DNA of 28,040 nt. It comes from Verrucomicrobiota bacterium (GTDB lineage Bacteria; Verrucomicrobiota; Verrucomicrobiia; Chthoniobacterales; UBA6821). Position numbers and translations under genes: made by a program. Of the stretch, positions 16,273 through 25,861 are shown in pieces (the stretch's first letter is position 1; each line of letters starts with the position of its first letter). The DNA lies in assembly GCA_008932965.1 (NCBI GenBank), contig WBXG01000019.1:1-28040 (forward strand), read 5' to 3'. The notes below the pieces were generated by a model. The model saw nothing but the letters and a program-made list of their open reading frames with translations. It made no database searches and was not told where the DNA came from.

Positions 16273-17683
16273 AGTGAGGATTGGCTTCCGGAAGGACGGC
16301 CTTGACTTCAAACATACAAATCATCGGCAAAAAGCGAACAAAGAGAAGAAAGAGTGTTGTGAAAATTCCAAAGGTTCCAATGAATGTAAAGATATCAACC
16401 CATGTTGGGTGAAACATTCCCCATGAGGAGGGAAGAAAATCTCGAGCTAGTGTTGTTGCGATAATCACAAAGCGCTCGAACCACATTCCAGCATTCACAA
16501 ACATACAGATGATAAAAACGACGAAAATATTTTTACGACACCATGGAAACCAAAAGACTTGCGGTGAAATCACATTACAAAACATCATGCTCCAGTAGGC
16601 CCACCAATAGGGTCCAAAAGCACGATACCAAAAGGCAGCACGTTCATAAGGATTAGCTCCATACCAGGCCATAAAGAGCTCCATGAGGTAGGCGTAACCG
16701 ACAATGGATCCTGTGAGTAAAATAACTTTGCACATTTTATCAATATGCATCGGAGTGATCATATCGTGCAATTGAGGATAAATGGCCCGTGCAGGAAGCA
16801 TGATGGTAAGAACCATTGCAAAACCACCGAAAATCGCTCCCGCTACAAAATAAGGAGGAAAAATAGTGGCATGCCAGCCAGGAATGACTGAGGTTGCAAA
16901 GTCAAAGGAGACGACACTATGCACCGAGAGCACCAGAGGAGTCGAGAGACCTGCAAGAAGAAGATAGGCCATTTCGTAATGACGCCATTGACGGTTTCCT
17001 CCTCTCCAACCAAGAGCGAGAATTCCATAAAAGAATTTTTTTATCTTCGTAGTACAACGATCCCGAATCGTTGCTAGGTCAGGAATGAGCCCAGTATACC
17101 AAAAGAGAATGGAAACGGTAAAATAGGTAGAGACGGCAAAGACATCCCAAAGAAGAGGGCTTCTAAAATTTTGCCAAATTGCATTGGAATTAGGGACTGG
17201 TGCTAAAAAATAGACTTTCCAAACACGACCGACGTGGAAAAGAGGATAGATTCCGGCACAAACAACTGCAAAGAGGGTCATTGCTTCAGCAGCACGGTTG
17301 ATGGAAGTACGCCACTTTTGGCGTGTCAAAAAAAGAATTGCTGAAATTAATGTTCCTGCATGACCGATACCGATCCAGAAAACAAAATTGGTAATATCCC
17401 AGGCCCAAGCTACCGGGCTATTGTTTCCCCAAACACCAACACCTGTGGAGACAAGATAGCAGATAAGGAGTGGGGTGAGTAACGCAATGGGCGAAGTAAT
17501 GGCAATGGAGATATACCACCAGAGAGGTGTTTTGGATTCTACAATGGTGCTAACATAACTGCTAATCCAGCCCATGGTGCGCTTGTTGAGCACGAGGGGG
17601 GGGCGCTTGATACCATCTCTCTGTGCTAACAGGTGTGGTTGGTCAGGTGACTCTTGCGAGTTATGTTCAGTGTGTTGGTCCAT
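16256..17683 (-). CDS. actC: ACIII subunit ActC (NrfD/PsrC-like quinol-interacting membrane subunit)
   Basis: About 475-aa polytopic NrfD-like protein immediately after actB. ATG at 17683, one codon inside the tracked TTG. Confidence 0.85.
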   Translation of the reverse strand: MDQHTEHNSQESPDQPHLLAQRDGIKRPPLVLNKRTMGWISSYVSTIVESKTPLWWYISIAITSPIALLTPLLICYLVSTGVGVWGNNSPVAWAWDITNFVFWIGIGHAGTLISAILFLTRQKWRTSINRAAEAMTLFAVVCAGIYPLFHVGRVWKVYFLAPVPNSNAIWQNFRSPLLWDVFAVSTYFTVSILFWYTGLIPDLATIRDRCTTKIKKFFYGILALGWRGGNRQWRHYEMAYLLLAGLSTPLVLSVHSVVSFDFATSVIPGWHATIFPPYFVAGAIFGGFAMVLTIMLPARAIYPQLHDMITPMHIDKMCKVILLTGSIVGYAYLMELFMAWYGANPYERAAFWYRAFGPYWWAYWSMMFCNVISPQVFWFPWCRKNIFVVFIICMFVNAGMWFERFVIIATTLARDFLPSSWGMFHPTWVDIFTFIGTFGIFTTLFLLFVRFLPMICMFEVKAVLPEANPHYGEDH

Positions 17684-17763
17684 CAAAAAAGTTGATTATT
17701 ATCCATTACAGGTAAGAGCTATCTTTACTAAAAAAAATTTATATTTTCTTTTCATGGTAGAAA

Positions 17764-20700
17764 TCACTTGGAATTTTCCATGATCTGAGGACTAACTACT
17801 GAAGTGGAGGCTTGTGGAGAAACCACCCCGTGTTGATCAAAATGGGTAGGTCCTACATCGGCATGTTCCCCAGCAGCTTCATGATGTACAGTGCCATTGG
17901 CTAAACCGACTTTATCTGCATCTGGCATTGATGCATTGGGGTTTTTGATACGAGCCAAATAAGTCACACGAGGACGTGCATTGAGATATTTTAGCATTGT
18001 ATAATCACGAGGGCTTTCTTTGCGTTGAGAAACAGTACTCTTTGCATCAGCAATATTTCCAAAGACAATTGACTCTGAAGGGCATGCTTGTTGACAGGCC
18101 GTTTTAAAAGGAGCGATTGGAGTTTTATGAGAATCACTAGCCCCAGCTTGAACCAAGCGTCCAATCTTTGCCTCTTCAATACGCTGCAAGCAGAAAGTAC
18201 ATTTTTCCATTACCCCTCGCATACGGACTGTGACATTAGGATTTTTTGACATCTTCAGGCTATCGGCCATTCCCTTAGGGGCAAGTGGGCCATAGTAAAG
18301 CTGATCAAGTGGGCGTAAATTATAATCAAAGAAATTAAAACGGCGTACTTTCCATGGACAGTTATTGGCACAGTAACGAGTCCCGATACAACGATTATAA
18401 GCCATGAGGTTAAGCCCATCTTCGCTATGAACAGTCGCATTAACAGGGCAGACTGTCTCACAAGGAGCATTGTCACAATGCTGACACATGATTGCCTGCG
18501 GCAACATCTCTGGATTTTTATCCGAACCATCGGGACTTGCAAACCAACGATCAATTCGAATCCAAGCCATATCACGGCCCCGACGCACTTGGTCTTTACC
18601 AACTACCGGGACATTATTTTCAGATTGGCATGCAAGCAAACAAGCATTGCAACCAATACAAGTATTGAGATCCACAGACATTCCCCACTGCTCCTGAGCA
18701 GTAAAAGGAGGACGGGTGTAGAGACCAATATTAGGAGGAATGTGACCATCCATTCCCATGGTCTGTGCAAACTTAGGATCCTCTTGGTAGCGTTCTATAG
18801 TTCCTTCACGTACAAGATCACGACCTTCCATGTTGTGATGTTCTTGTGTTTGTGCAAAAACATATTTTTTACCAGTTAATGGTTTGATGGAAACAGAGCT
18901 GGTGTAGCGAGGCGAAGCGGCAGTACGCAAAGGATAAACATTAAAGCCGACGTTACTGACAATATGAGAAATATTTTTACGTCCATAGCCTAGAGAAGCA
19001 CTCACCGAGCCATTAGCATGACCAGGGAGTGTTAAGATGGCAATATCGATAGAGTGTTGTCCATCACTGAGACGCACAAAATCGCCGTCGCTAAGATGAA
19101 GGCGCTTCGCATCTGCAGGACTCATAAGTAAGGCATTATCCCATGTCAACTTGGTGACAAAGTCAGGTGTCTCCTGCAACCACGCGTTGCCACTATAACG
19201 ACCATCATAAACGCTGGAGCTTGGGAGAAAGACACATTCAAAATCATCTTTTGAAAATGGCTGTTGAGGCTTTAATGTAGCAATCAGCCTTTGTACTGCA
19301 GGATCATTCCAGGAGGGTTGACTCACAGGCCATGCGCTATCTGACAAGAAACCTTGATGCAGATAGTTGTTCCAAGTGCCATCAGAATGATCCTGAGAAA
19401 AGGAATTAAAAGTTTCACGGATCAGCGCAGGCCCCTCAGCTCGCGGCTCACCGAGCAGGGCATGGAGGATTTCTAATTCAGAATAACCATTCCAGAGTGG
19501 TAAAATCATTGGCTGGACTGCACACAGCGTTCCATCAAGACTTCTCACGTCACCCCATGCCTCGAGGTAATGTGCTGCAGGCACATGCCACCGAGAAACT
19601 TTGGATGTCTCTTCTTCACATAACGAAAGATGAAGCGTTTCAGGAACTGATGCGATGAGATCGGTCCAGTTCTTTTCTGAGGATGCAGTATAAACTGGAT
19701 TTACCTGAAACAAAAGAAGCTTCTTAATAGAACCTGCTTCAATAGCCTCTGCAAGATCCTTTAAAGAAGACGTTGGTTTTATTCCAGTTGCTGCCACTTC
19801 AAGGGTCGTTCCAAAATTTCCTAAGGCAGCATTCATTCCAAGCACCATTAATTGAATGCCGATAGACTGCTCTCCCCCAGCAAGAACAAGGCTCTTCCCT
19901 TGATTTGCCAGCAAATCCTCCACAACTGCTGAGACCCATTTTTGAGATTCGCTGGAGAGTTCGATCGTGGGATTATTATGAATCCAGGTGGTGGCTAGTA
20001 ATTTTAGGGAGGCATTGTTGGTCTTGGTGCCAACAAGAAGAGACATTGCTGCTGTGAAAGCCCCCAATTGACGGGCTTGAAGCCTGAAACGATGATCAGC
20101 TAAGCCACCCGTAAGGCTGTAATGATTTTCTACAGCATAGAGACGATTCATCTGCTGGTCGGGATTGCGCCGGGCATAGAATCCATTGGCTAATCCAAAA
20201 CCAGCTACAGAAGGATTTAAAAAATCAGCATCCAGAGCAACAATAACATCTGCTTTCTTAAAGTGGTAGATCGGCCGTACCCCTTCTCCTAAAGCAGTAT
20301 CGCACGCCTGTTCGAAAAAGTGAGTAGATAGGGGTTCATACTCAACCCATGTTATTTTTGGAAATTCTTTTAATAAAGCATCACGCAAACGATCACGCGT
20401 TGGAGATCCTATACGCTCGACCACTATAGCCATTCCTTCACCTCCATTGCTCAAGGCTCCTTCACGAAGATGGGCAAGATATGAATCAAGCTTTGAGGAG
20501 GTTGCCTCTTTTCCATCCAAGGTAATGGCTTTGGAGCGATAGGGATTATAGAGGTCTAACAGCGAAGCCTGGGCAAAGGCATCGGTAGAGCCATTACTCA
20601 TGGGGTGGAGTGGATTCCCTTCTATTTTCGTCGGACGCCCATCAGAAGTCGTTACAATGAGTGGAATAGCACCTGCTGGAGCAGGCATCGTGGTTGCATA

Positions 20701-21000
20701 GTAAAGAAATTTTCCAGGAATTGTCCATTCTGCAGAGCGGGTAAATGGTACCAAATAAGCCTCAGGACGCCGGCATGCTGAAAGACCAATACCGGCTAAA
20801 GCAGCAGAAGCCCCCGTTAATCGAAGAAAGTCACGACGCGAGAGCCCTTGTGTTTCATGTTTCTCTCCAGCACGATCAGCACCAGCTGGAAACTCACGTT
20901 GTAACGATTCGTTAAAAATAGCACTATTTTCACGCTCTTGGGAATTCCTCCAAAGAGTCGGCTGAACGTCGCGTGCTGGATGTTGAAAAATACGTTTCAC
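17764..21000 (-). CDS. actB: ACIII subunit ActB (fused molybdopterin-oxidoreductase-like B1 domain plus 4-cluster ferredoxin-like B2 domain), TAT-exported
   Basis: 1078-aa protein with a GTG start. Twin-arginine signal SRRDFLRLTGASAALAGIGL. FeS motifs CIGCNACLLACQSENN, CQHCDNAPCETVCP, CIGTRYCANNCPWKVRRFN and CTFCLQRI. Confidence 0.92.
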   Translation of the reverse strand: MKRIFQHPARDVQPTLWRNSQERENSAIFNESLQREFPAGADRAGEKHETQGLSRRDFLRLTGASAALAGIGLSACRRPEAYLVPFTRSAEWTIPGKFLYYATTMPAPAGAIPLIVTTSDGRPTKIEGNPLHPMSNGSTDAFAQASLLDLYNPYRSKAITLDGKEATSSKLDSYLAHLREGALSNGGEGMAIVVERIGSPTRDRLRDALLKEFPKITWVEYEPLSTHFFEQACDTALGEGVRPIYHFKKADVIVALDADFLNPSVAGFGLANGFYARRNPDQQMNRLYAVENHYSLTGGLADHRFRLQARQLGAFTAAMSLLVGTKTNNASLKLLATTWIHNNPTIELSSESQKWVSAVVEDLLANQGKSLVLAGGEQSIGIQLMVLGMNAALGNFGTTLEVAATGIKPTSSLKDLAEAIEAGSIKKLLLFQVNPVYTASSEKNWTDLIASVPETLHLSLCEEETSKVSRWHVPAAHYLEAWGDVRSLDGTLCAVQPMILPLWNGYSELEILHALLGEPRAEGPALIRETFNSFSQDHSDGTWNNYLHQGFLSDSAWPVSQPSWNDPAVQRLIATLKPQQPFSKDDFECVFLPSSSVYDGRYSGNAWLQETPDFVTKLTWDNALLMSPADAKRLHLSDGDFVRLSDGQHSIDIAILTLPGHANGSVSASLGYGRKNISHIVSNVGFNVYPLRTAASPRYTSSVSIKPLTGKKYVFAQTQEHHNMEGRDLVREGTIERYQEDPKFAQTMGMDGHIPPNIGLYTRPPFTAQEQWGMSVDLNTCIGCNACLLACQSENNVPVVGKDQVRRGRDMAWIRIDRWFASPDGSDKNPEMLPQAIMCQHCDNAPCETVCPVNATVHSEDGLNLMAYNRCIGTRYCANNCPWKVRRFNFFDYNLRPLDQLYYGPLAPKGMADSLKMSKNPNVTVRMRGVMEKCTFCLQRIEEAKIGRLVQAGASDSHKTPIAPFKTACQQACPSESIVFGNIADAKSTVSQRKESPRDYTMLKYLNARPRVTYLARIKNPNASMPDADKVGLANGTVHHEAAGEHADVGPTHFDQHGVVSPQASTSVVSPQIMENSK

Positions 21001-21194
21001 TTTAAAAACAAGAGTACAATTTTAGTAAGAATGATCAGGCGTTGCAATTTAAGAACCGCTGTTGAGACTCTCTAAAAGGGATGAAGAGCGAGAAGTGCAG
21101 AGGTAAAATAACTCAGTTCTAGTGATAGTACGCAATCGTGAGGGAACTGGAGCAGCACAGATTATCACTGCATTTGTAGAGTATAATAAAGGGT

Positions 21195-21854
21195 TCATCG
21201 GTGGCATCCTCCACAAGTAACGGGTGGATTCACATTCCACTCCTGTTTGAATTTCATTCCCATCTCAAGTTGTGCGTCAATAGACTTAGGATGCCACTCC
21301 ATATTATAAATTTCGCTTGGTGGTCGAAGAAAATTTTCTGGAGCACGATGGCATTCCAAACACCAGGCCATACTCAGGGGCTTGGCCTCATAGACCACAG
21401 ACATTTCATTAATAGCTCCATGGCAGCTGTAGCAACTCACACCACGGTTCACATGGACAGCATGATTGAAATAGGCATAGTCAGGAACCTTATGAATGCG
21501 AACCCATGGAATTGGTAAACCCGTTTTCCAACTCTCTTGTACCGGGGCTAATCGGGGGCTTTCCCACTTGATTTTCCCTTGACCATGGCAATTAATGCAG
21601 GTTTGCGTGTTAGGAATATTAGAATGGCTCGCCACCTCCACAAAGCTATGACAGTATCGACAATCCATTCCGAGCTGCTGGACATGAATCGCATGAGAAA
21701 AAGGAACCGGCTGGTCTGGCTGATAACCAACACGAGTGTACTTTGGGGTGAAATAATACCAGATTCCGCCGACTAGCCCAGCACCGATGAGCGTCAAGCA
21801 GACGATCAATTTGAACGGCAATAAATTGGACCAGCGTGGAAAAAAATTCGACAT
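21195..21854 (-). CDS. actA: ACIII subunit ActA (membrane-anchored pentahaem cytochrome c)
   Basis: N-terminal TM helix and five CxxCH motifs: CRYCH, CINCH, CYSCH, CLECH, CGGCH. ATG at 21854. Confidence 0.9.
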   Translation of the reverse strand: MSNFFPRWSNLLPFKLIVCLTLIGAGLVGGIWYYFTPKYTRVGYQPDQPVPFSHAIHVQQLGMDCRYCHSFVEVASHSNIPNTQTCINCHGQGKIKWESPRLAPVQESWKTGLPIPWVRIHKVPDYAYFNHAVHVNRGVSCYSCHGAINEMSVVYEAKPLSMAWCLECHRAPENFLRPPSEIYNMEWHPKSIDAQLEMGMKFKQEWNVNPPVTCGGCHR

Positions 21855-22081
21855 TAACTTATTTCAAAAGAGGGAGACTAAAAAAAGAACTACCAAATGA
21901 AAAGAATAGCTCTTTTTTTAAAAAAATGCGAGCGCTGAGTCTAATCGCGCGTTACCAAGAATCAATCTTTTTTAGGTCAAAAAGAGAAAGTTTTAAATAT
22001 TCTTGGGGAAAAATACTGCAATCGATTCCTTCAGAGTGAAGAGAGGTGCAACAGATAAGAAAATAAAAAGTTTATATTTGG

Positions 22082-22313
22082 GTTACCCGGATATTTTATA
22101 CTGAAGTGTCATGAGGTAGCAGCGAAGGCTGACCCGCATATTTCATACCGATTCTGCTGCGGCTTGCGAACACCTGATGGATACTGCGTCAGTCTCGAAT
22201 TGCTCCTCGGGCAGTATGAGTCCCTGCCGCCCAAGTCAAAATGGGAGTCTAACGCAGCATCCATCTGACTTCCACGCTTCCGTATTAGATCGGGATGAAA
22301 TATCGGAGTTAAA
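22082..22313. repeat. Compound copy of the palindromic repeat family (extra left terminus plus one full element)
   Basis: A left-terminus-like sequence occurs twice (GTTACCCGGATATTTTATACTG at 22082-22103, CTGACCCGCATATTTCATACCG at 22129-22150). There is a central GGGCAG..CTGCC hairpin. The right arm shares an identical 29-mer (GAGTCTAACGCAGCATCCATCTGACTTCC) with 27561-27589 and ends GGGATGAAATATCGGAGTTAA. Confidence 0.75.
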
Positions 22314-22430
22314 ACAACATGATTTTTTATTGTAATAACAGAGTCTGAATGCAACTAATAACTTCATTTTATAGAAATTAATTTCTTAACTCTTGTATTG
22401 AATCAACCAACCTGAACCCCTCAACACCTC

Positions 22431-22886
22431 ATGAAATCCCTTCTCTTCTTAGTCCTTCTACTTGTTTCTGGAATCATCACCCTAGCACCCTCCAAAGTTC
22501 ATGCTATCGAAATTAGCAATCAACGAGTGATCAGACTCACTCTAAATGATGCAAATAACTCTCATAACTCCTCCCTAGAAATAGCGCTTGAAGATACTAT
22601 AGAGGTTGAACTTGAGAATAATGGAAGCATTGGAAACAGCTGGCATTTTTCTAATTTTTCTCAAGGTGAAGTGATCTCCCTCAAGACATCTAATGATGGA
22701 GTGATTAAAAACTCTCCTGAAACCAAACCTTTAATGGGTGCTCCGACAACTTATGTCTGGCTCTTGAGTCCTGTTTCTGTAGGCGCAACTAGCATTCGTT
22801 TCATTCAGACCGACAGATCTGGAAATCAATCCCAATCAATAGATTTCAATATTGTTGTTTCTCCAGAAAAATCAGACCTGCAATAA
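22431..22886 (+). CDS. Secreted 151-aa protein, possibly a chagasin-like (I42 family) peptidase-inhibitor fold
   Basis: Signal peptide MKSLLFLVLLLVSGIITLAPSKVHA. VELENNGSIGNSWHF resembles the chagasin NPTTGY.W loop, and LMGAPTTYVWLLSPVSVGATSIRF resembles the GxGG..F.F..G pattern. The similarity is judged from memory only. Confidence 0.35.
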   Translation: MKSLLFLVLLLVSGIITLAPSKVHAIEISNQRVIRLTLNDANNSHNSSLEIALEDTIEVELENNGSIGNSWHFSNFSQGEVISLKTSNDGVIKNSPETKPLMGAPTTYVWLLSPVSVGATSIRFIQTDRSGNQSQSIDFNIVVSPEKSDLQ

Positions 22887-22988
22887 AGTTTATCAATACT
22901 CTTTTGATAGAGTGATCTCAATGGGAGGACATCAGTGTTAAAAAAAATTACTGATGCCCTTTACCTGCATAGTCAAATTAAAAAGAGA

Positions 22989-24332
22989 CTATTCAATTCC
23001 CACATCCCAGATATAACGGACTTCCCGGAGCTGATGCTGCATAAAGCGTCTAGTCATGGTATCTTTGGGAAGCCTTCCAATCCTCATTCGCTCTTCAACG
23101 TTTAAGGCATCAGCAGCAAAAGGCTTCCCTGCTCGATAGGCCACATACGATTCACAAAAGACATCACCAGGCAGGGCCCTCACCATTTCTATGTGCTCTT
23201 TCATGATTTGCTCTGATTCGGCAAGCCTCTTGTGATAAGAGGGAGAAAAAATATCGAGAAAACTTGGCTCTAAGAAAAAAAAGAGAACGAAAGCTCCAAC
23301 TCCGCCAAGTGCTAATAGATAACTATTTTCTCGAATAAGAAGAGTGAAGATAACCCCTAATCCAATCGAAAGGGCAATCACTAGATCAAACTGGGCATTG
23401 ACGAAAACCCCGTTTCCAAGACGCTGTATAAAGCCAACGATTAGTCCAATAAAAATCATCAGAGTCACCAGACAAATGGAGGATTCTTTTCGAAACTTCC
23501 AACTTGCTGCAAACCAAAATAGTAGTCCTACAGAAAGAGCCCCCAGATCAGAAAAAGCATGAATCACTTTAAAAAGGAGCCAGGTGCGTGGAGTCGTAAA
23601 ATTATAATAAAAATTAAATCCATAAACACTTAGACAAATCGCAAAACCTAAGAGAATCAGGGAAAGTGCAAAGAAGGAACAAAAGAAAAAAACTTTCCAT
23701 TTTTTTTGTATGACTAACCAAAGCATGATGGTTAGCGGCATTGTAATAATGTTATGTTTAAAAAATCCGGCAATCACCATCACAAATATAGCTATCCAAT
23801 AATTCCGATCTTGTTCCATCGCCTTAATGAAAAGAAAAAAACCGATAATCATGATTGCTTGAGCTAAAAGCTGTGGATCATTAGCACCTACATACCATTT
23901 AAAAAAAATAGTGAGTGTTCCAATAAAATAGGTAACCCCAATAAGACTCCCCTGAAAAGAGTCTGCTAATTTTCCAGAGGTCAGGGAGAGCTGTTTTATA
24001 ATTTGAGCAATAAAAAAAGAGATGACTCCTATGGCCAGTAAGGAAAGAAGCCGGCCCGCTAGGATAGTATCTCCAAGCATCTTTCCCAAGGATCCCACGA
24101 TATAAAAAGAGAGCGGAGGATAGTTATTGGTGATGAGTTGATTCGGGGAAGGATAGAGCTGCATCTTTCCGAGAGCTGCATCATCAAAAAAAGCATTCCA
24201 TCCTTCATTCGAGTTAATTATGATTTCTAAGAAAGAACGCTGTATCGACCAGAGTAATGAAATCGTAGCAATCAGAAAGAAGAGCAGGAGACTCCATGAG
24301 AATACTTTTTTCAAAACAGGCTCCGAGGGCAT
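22989..24332 (-). CDS. Polytopic membrane protein, likely a GT-C-fold glycosyltransferase (ArnT/PMT/DUF2029-like)
   Basis: 447-aa protein with about 11-12 TM helices. The first loop carries acidic and aromatic residues (NEGWNAFFDDAALGKMQLYPSP..NNYPPLSFY), reminiscent of GT-C lipid-linked sugar transferases. ATG at 24332. Confidence 0.45.
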   Translation of the reverse strand: MPSEPVLKKVFSWSLLLFFLIATISLLWSIQRSFLEIIINSNEGWNAFFDDAALGKMQLYPSPNQLITNNYPPLSFYIVGSLGKMLGDTILAGRLLSLLAIGVISFFIAQIIKQLSLTSGKLADSFQGSLIGVTYFIGTLTIFFKWYVGANDPQLLAQAIMIIGFFLFIKAMEQDRNYWIAIFVMVIAGFFKHNIITMPLTIMLWLVIQKKWKVFFFCSFFALSLILLGFAICLSVYGFNFYYNFTTPRTWLLFKVIHAFSDLGALSVGLLFWFAASWKFRKESSICLVTLMIFIGLIVGFIQRLGNGVFVNAQFDLVIALSIGLGVIFTLLIRENSYLLALGGVGAFVLFFFLEPSFLDIFSPSYHKRLAESEQIMKEHIEMVRALPGDVFCESYVAYRAGKPFAADALNVEERMRIGRLPKDTMTRRFMQHQLREVRYIWDVGIE

Positions 24333-24418
24333 AAAACTTACAAGATTTAAAATTATTAATATCTCATTTTAAAAAGAAACGTTTTCTAAAATGATCTATT
24401 ATATTATGAATAACCGCT

Positions 24419-25198
24419 ATGAATGTTGAACATTACGTAGCGACACTACCAGGTCTTTTTTGGATTTGTCTTATTGCACCAGTATTTTTTGCCCTAATAG
24501 GTATTTACATAGCGAGAAAGCTCATTGAGCCTCATAAAAGAAATCCCCATCACGATATTGCTCATGCTATTCTTGGGCCTGTGGCTACTATCTTTGGTAT
24601 TTTGGGAGCATTTATTGTTGCAACCGTATGGCATCAATATGAAGACACATCACTGAACTTACATGAAGAGAGCAATGCTTTACGAAGCCTCTATTTCGAT
24701 GCAGAGGCTTTAGGTCCGGAGTATACCAAGCAAGTTCAAACCCTTTGCAAAAACTATCGAGAAGCCATTATTACTTATGAGTGGAAAATTGTTCAACAGG
24801 GTAGAGATACTCTTTTAGCAGATGCTATTATCGCCAAACTTTCCAAACTCTATCTTCTCTACCCGATTAACTCAGCAAAGGAATCTATTTATTTTAAACA
24901 GAGCATCGATAATTTAACAAAGCTGAGAAAATATCGTGAGCTACGTATTGAAGATTCCTGCACAGGATTATTGCCTCTGCTTTGGATTCTTTTTTTATTA
25001 GCAGGCACGACCTTAGTATTAGTAAGTCTTTTAATGATCTCTTCACCAGGAAAGACTCATGGAGCTATGGTTGTTTTGCTTGCCATGTTAATCGGTATTA
25101 TGACCTTTGCTATTATTAGTCTCGACTTTCCTTTTAGTGGATTCACTAAATTGAGCACTATACCGCTAGAAAACATTCCTATGGATGCATTGCGTTAG
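24419..25198 (+). CDS. Membrane protein, DUF4239 (bestrophin-like)-type architecture
   Basis: 259-aa protein with TM helices at the N-terminus and two near the C-terminus. FGILGAFIVATVWHQYEDTSLNLHEESNALRSLY and the C-terminal LDFPFSG fit my recollection of the DUF4239 pattern. Confidence 0.5.
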   Translation: MNVEHYVATLPGLFWICLIAPVFFALIGIYIARKLIEPHKRNPHHDIAHAILGPVATIFGILGAFIVATVWHQYEDTSLNLHEESNALRSLYFDAEALGPEYTKQVQTLCKNYREAIITYEWKIVQQGRDTLLADAIIAKLSKLYLLYPINSAKESIYFKQSIDNLTKLRKYRELRIEDSCTGLLPLLWILFLLAGTTLVLVSLLMISSPGKTHGAMVVLLAMLIGIMTFAIISLDFPFSGFTKLSTIPLENIPMDALR

Positions 25199-25312
25199 TG
25201 CTTCACTACCATACATTCTAGTAGAGCAAGACTATAGTGTATTACATTGAAATTTTACGTTGAAGAGAAAATGCCAGCAATCTGCGAGCTCATTCATTTT
25301 TGAGGCTAATTC

Positions 25313-25789
25313 ATGTTTCTCCTTTTTTTCTTAGTCTACTTTGCAAATATAGGTGCTCCGTTAGCCTCAGGATCATCGACTATTGATACACCTCTACCAC
25401 ATCAAGGATCACTTCCCCACACCTCACTCTCCATTGGAGGAATCGACCTTGATGTTGAGCTAGCTACAGATGAGGCTTCGCGTGAGAAAGGCCTTATGAA
25501 TCGGAACTCTCTAGACCCAAATAAAGGAATGCTTTTTGTATTTCCAAGAGCAAAACAAGTTTCTTTTTGGATGAAAGAAACTTCTCTAGCTTTAAGTGTG
25601 GCCTACATTAACAGCAAAGGTCGCATTATGGAGTTTCATGATCTAGAACCGTTCAGTGAACATTTGATTTCCAGTCGGTCTTCAAATATAGTTTATGTCT
25701 TAGAAGTAACGCGTCACTGGTTTAGAGATCATAACGTGCTAGCTGGAGATTTAATCACAGGGCTCCCCTCGCCCTTAATGGCACAATAA
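25313..25789 (+). CDS. DUF192 (COG1430) family secreted protein
   Basis: N-terminal signal or anchor segment, then GLMNR..L....GMLFVFP......FWMKET...LSVAYI...G.I, the DUF192 signature. Confidence 0.7.
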   Translation: MFLLFFLVYFANIGAPLASGSSTIDTPLPHQGSLPHTSLSIGGIDLDVELATDEASREKGLMNRNSLDPNKGMLFVFPRAKQVSFWMKETSLALSVAYINSKGRIMEFHDLEPFSEHLISSRSSNIVYVLEVTRHWFRDHNVLAGDLITGLPSPLMAQ

Positions 25790-25861
25790 GAATCTCATTG
25801 AATAGCGCTATTCCTGCTTATCATCTAAGAGTACTGTTTCATTCTCCCGTGCGGTTAACCC

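Noticed and set aside
17699-17755. Mini-ORFs in the act intergenic gaps: an 18-codon ORF in the actB-actC gap, and a 13-codon ORF at about 14720-14761 in the actE-actF gap
   Set aside because: They are too short and too AT/Lys-rich to distinguish from chance, and they show no coupling signals.
21836-22039. A 67-aa plus-strand ORF in the actA upstream region
   Set aside because: The translation is Lys/Ser/Phe-rich and AT-driven with no features. It overlaps the actA start and the probable promoter region.
1-22313. The idea that the respiratory cluster is a composite transposon or genomic island because repeat copies lie at both ends
   Set aside because: There is no transposase, integrase or target duplication. 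The cargo is core respiratory machinery. The repeats also occur at unrelated intergenic sites (25.9 kb, 27.5 kb), so the flanking position is most simply coincidental insertion into the only available non-coding DNA.
22109-22354. An 81-aa ORF on the minus strand
   Set aside because: It lies entirely inside the palindromic repeat copy. The homologous repeat copies do not maintain the frame, so it is a by-product of the repeat sequence.
22927-22959. A hairpin, GGACATCAGT-(13 nt A-rich loop)-ACTGATGCCC, between the convergent genes 22431-22886 and 22989-24332, considered as a bidirectional terminator
   Set aside because: The stem has a mismatch and the loop is long. Neither strand has a U-tract after the stem, since the T/A run lies in the loop. 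It is too weak to call.
25800-25813. A perfect 14-bp palindrome, GAATAGCGCTATTC, 11 nt after the DUF192 stop
   Set aside because: One to two perfect 14-bp palindromes are expected by chance in 28 kb (about 28000/4^7). There is no adjacent U-tract for a terminator and no second copy.
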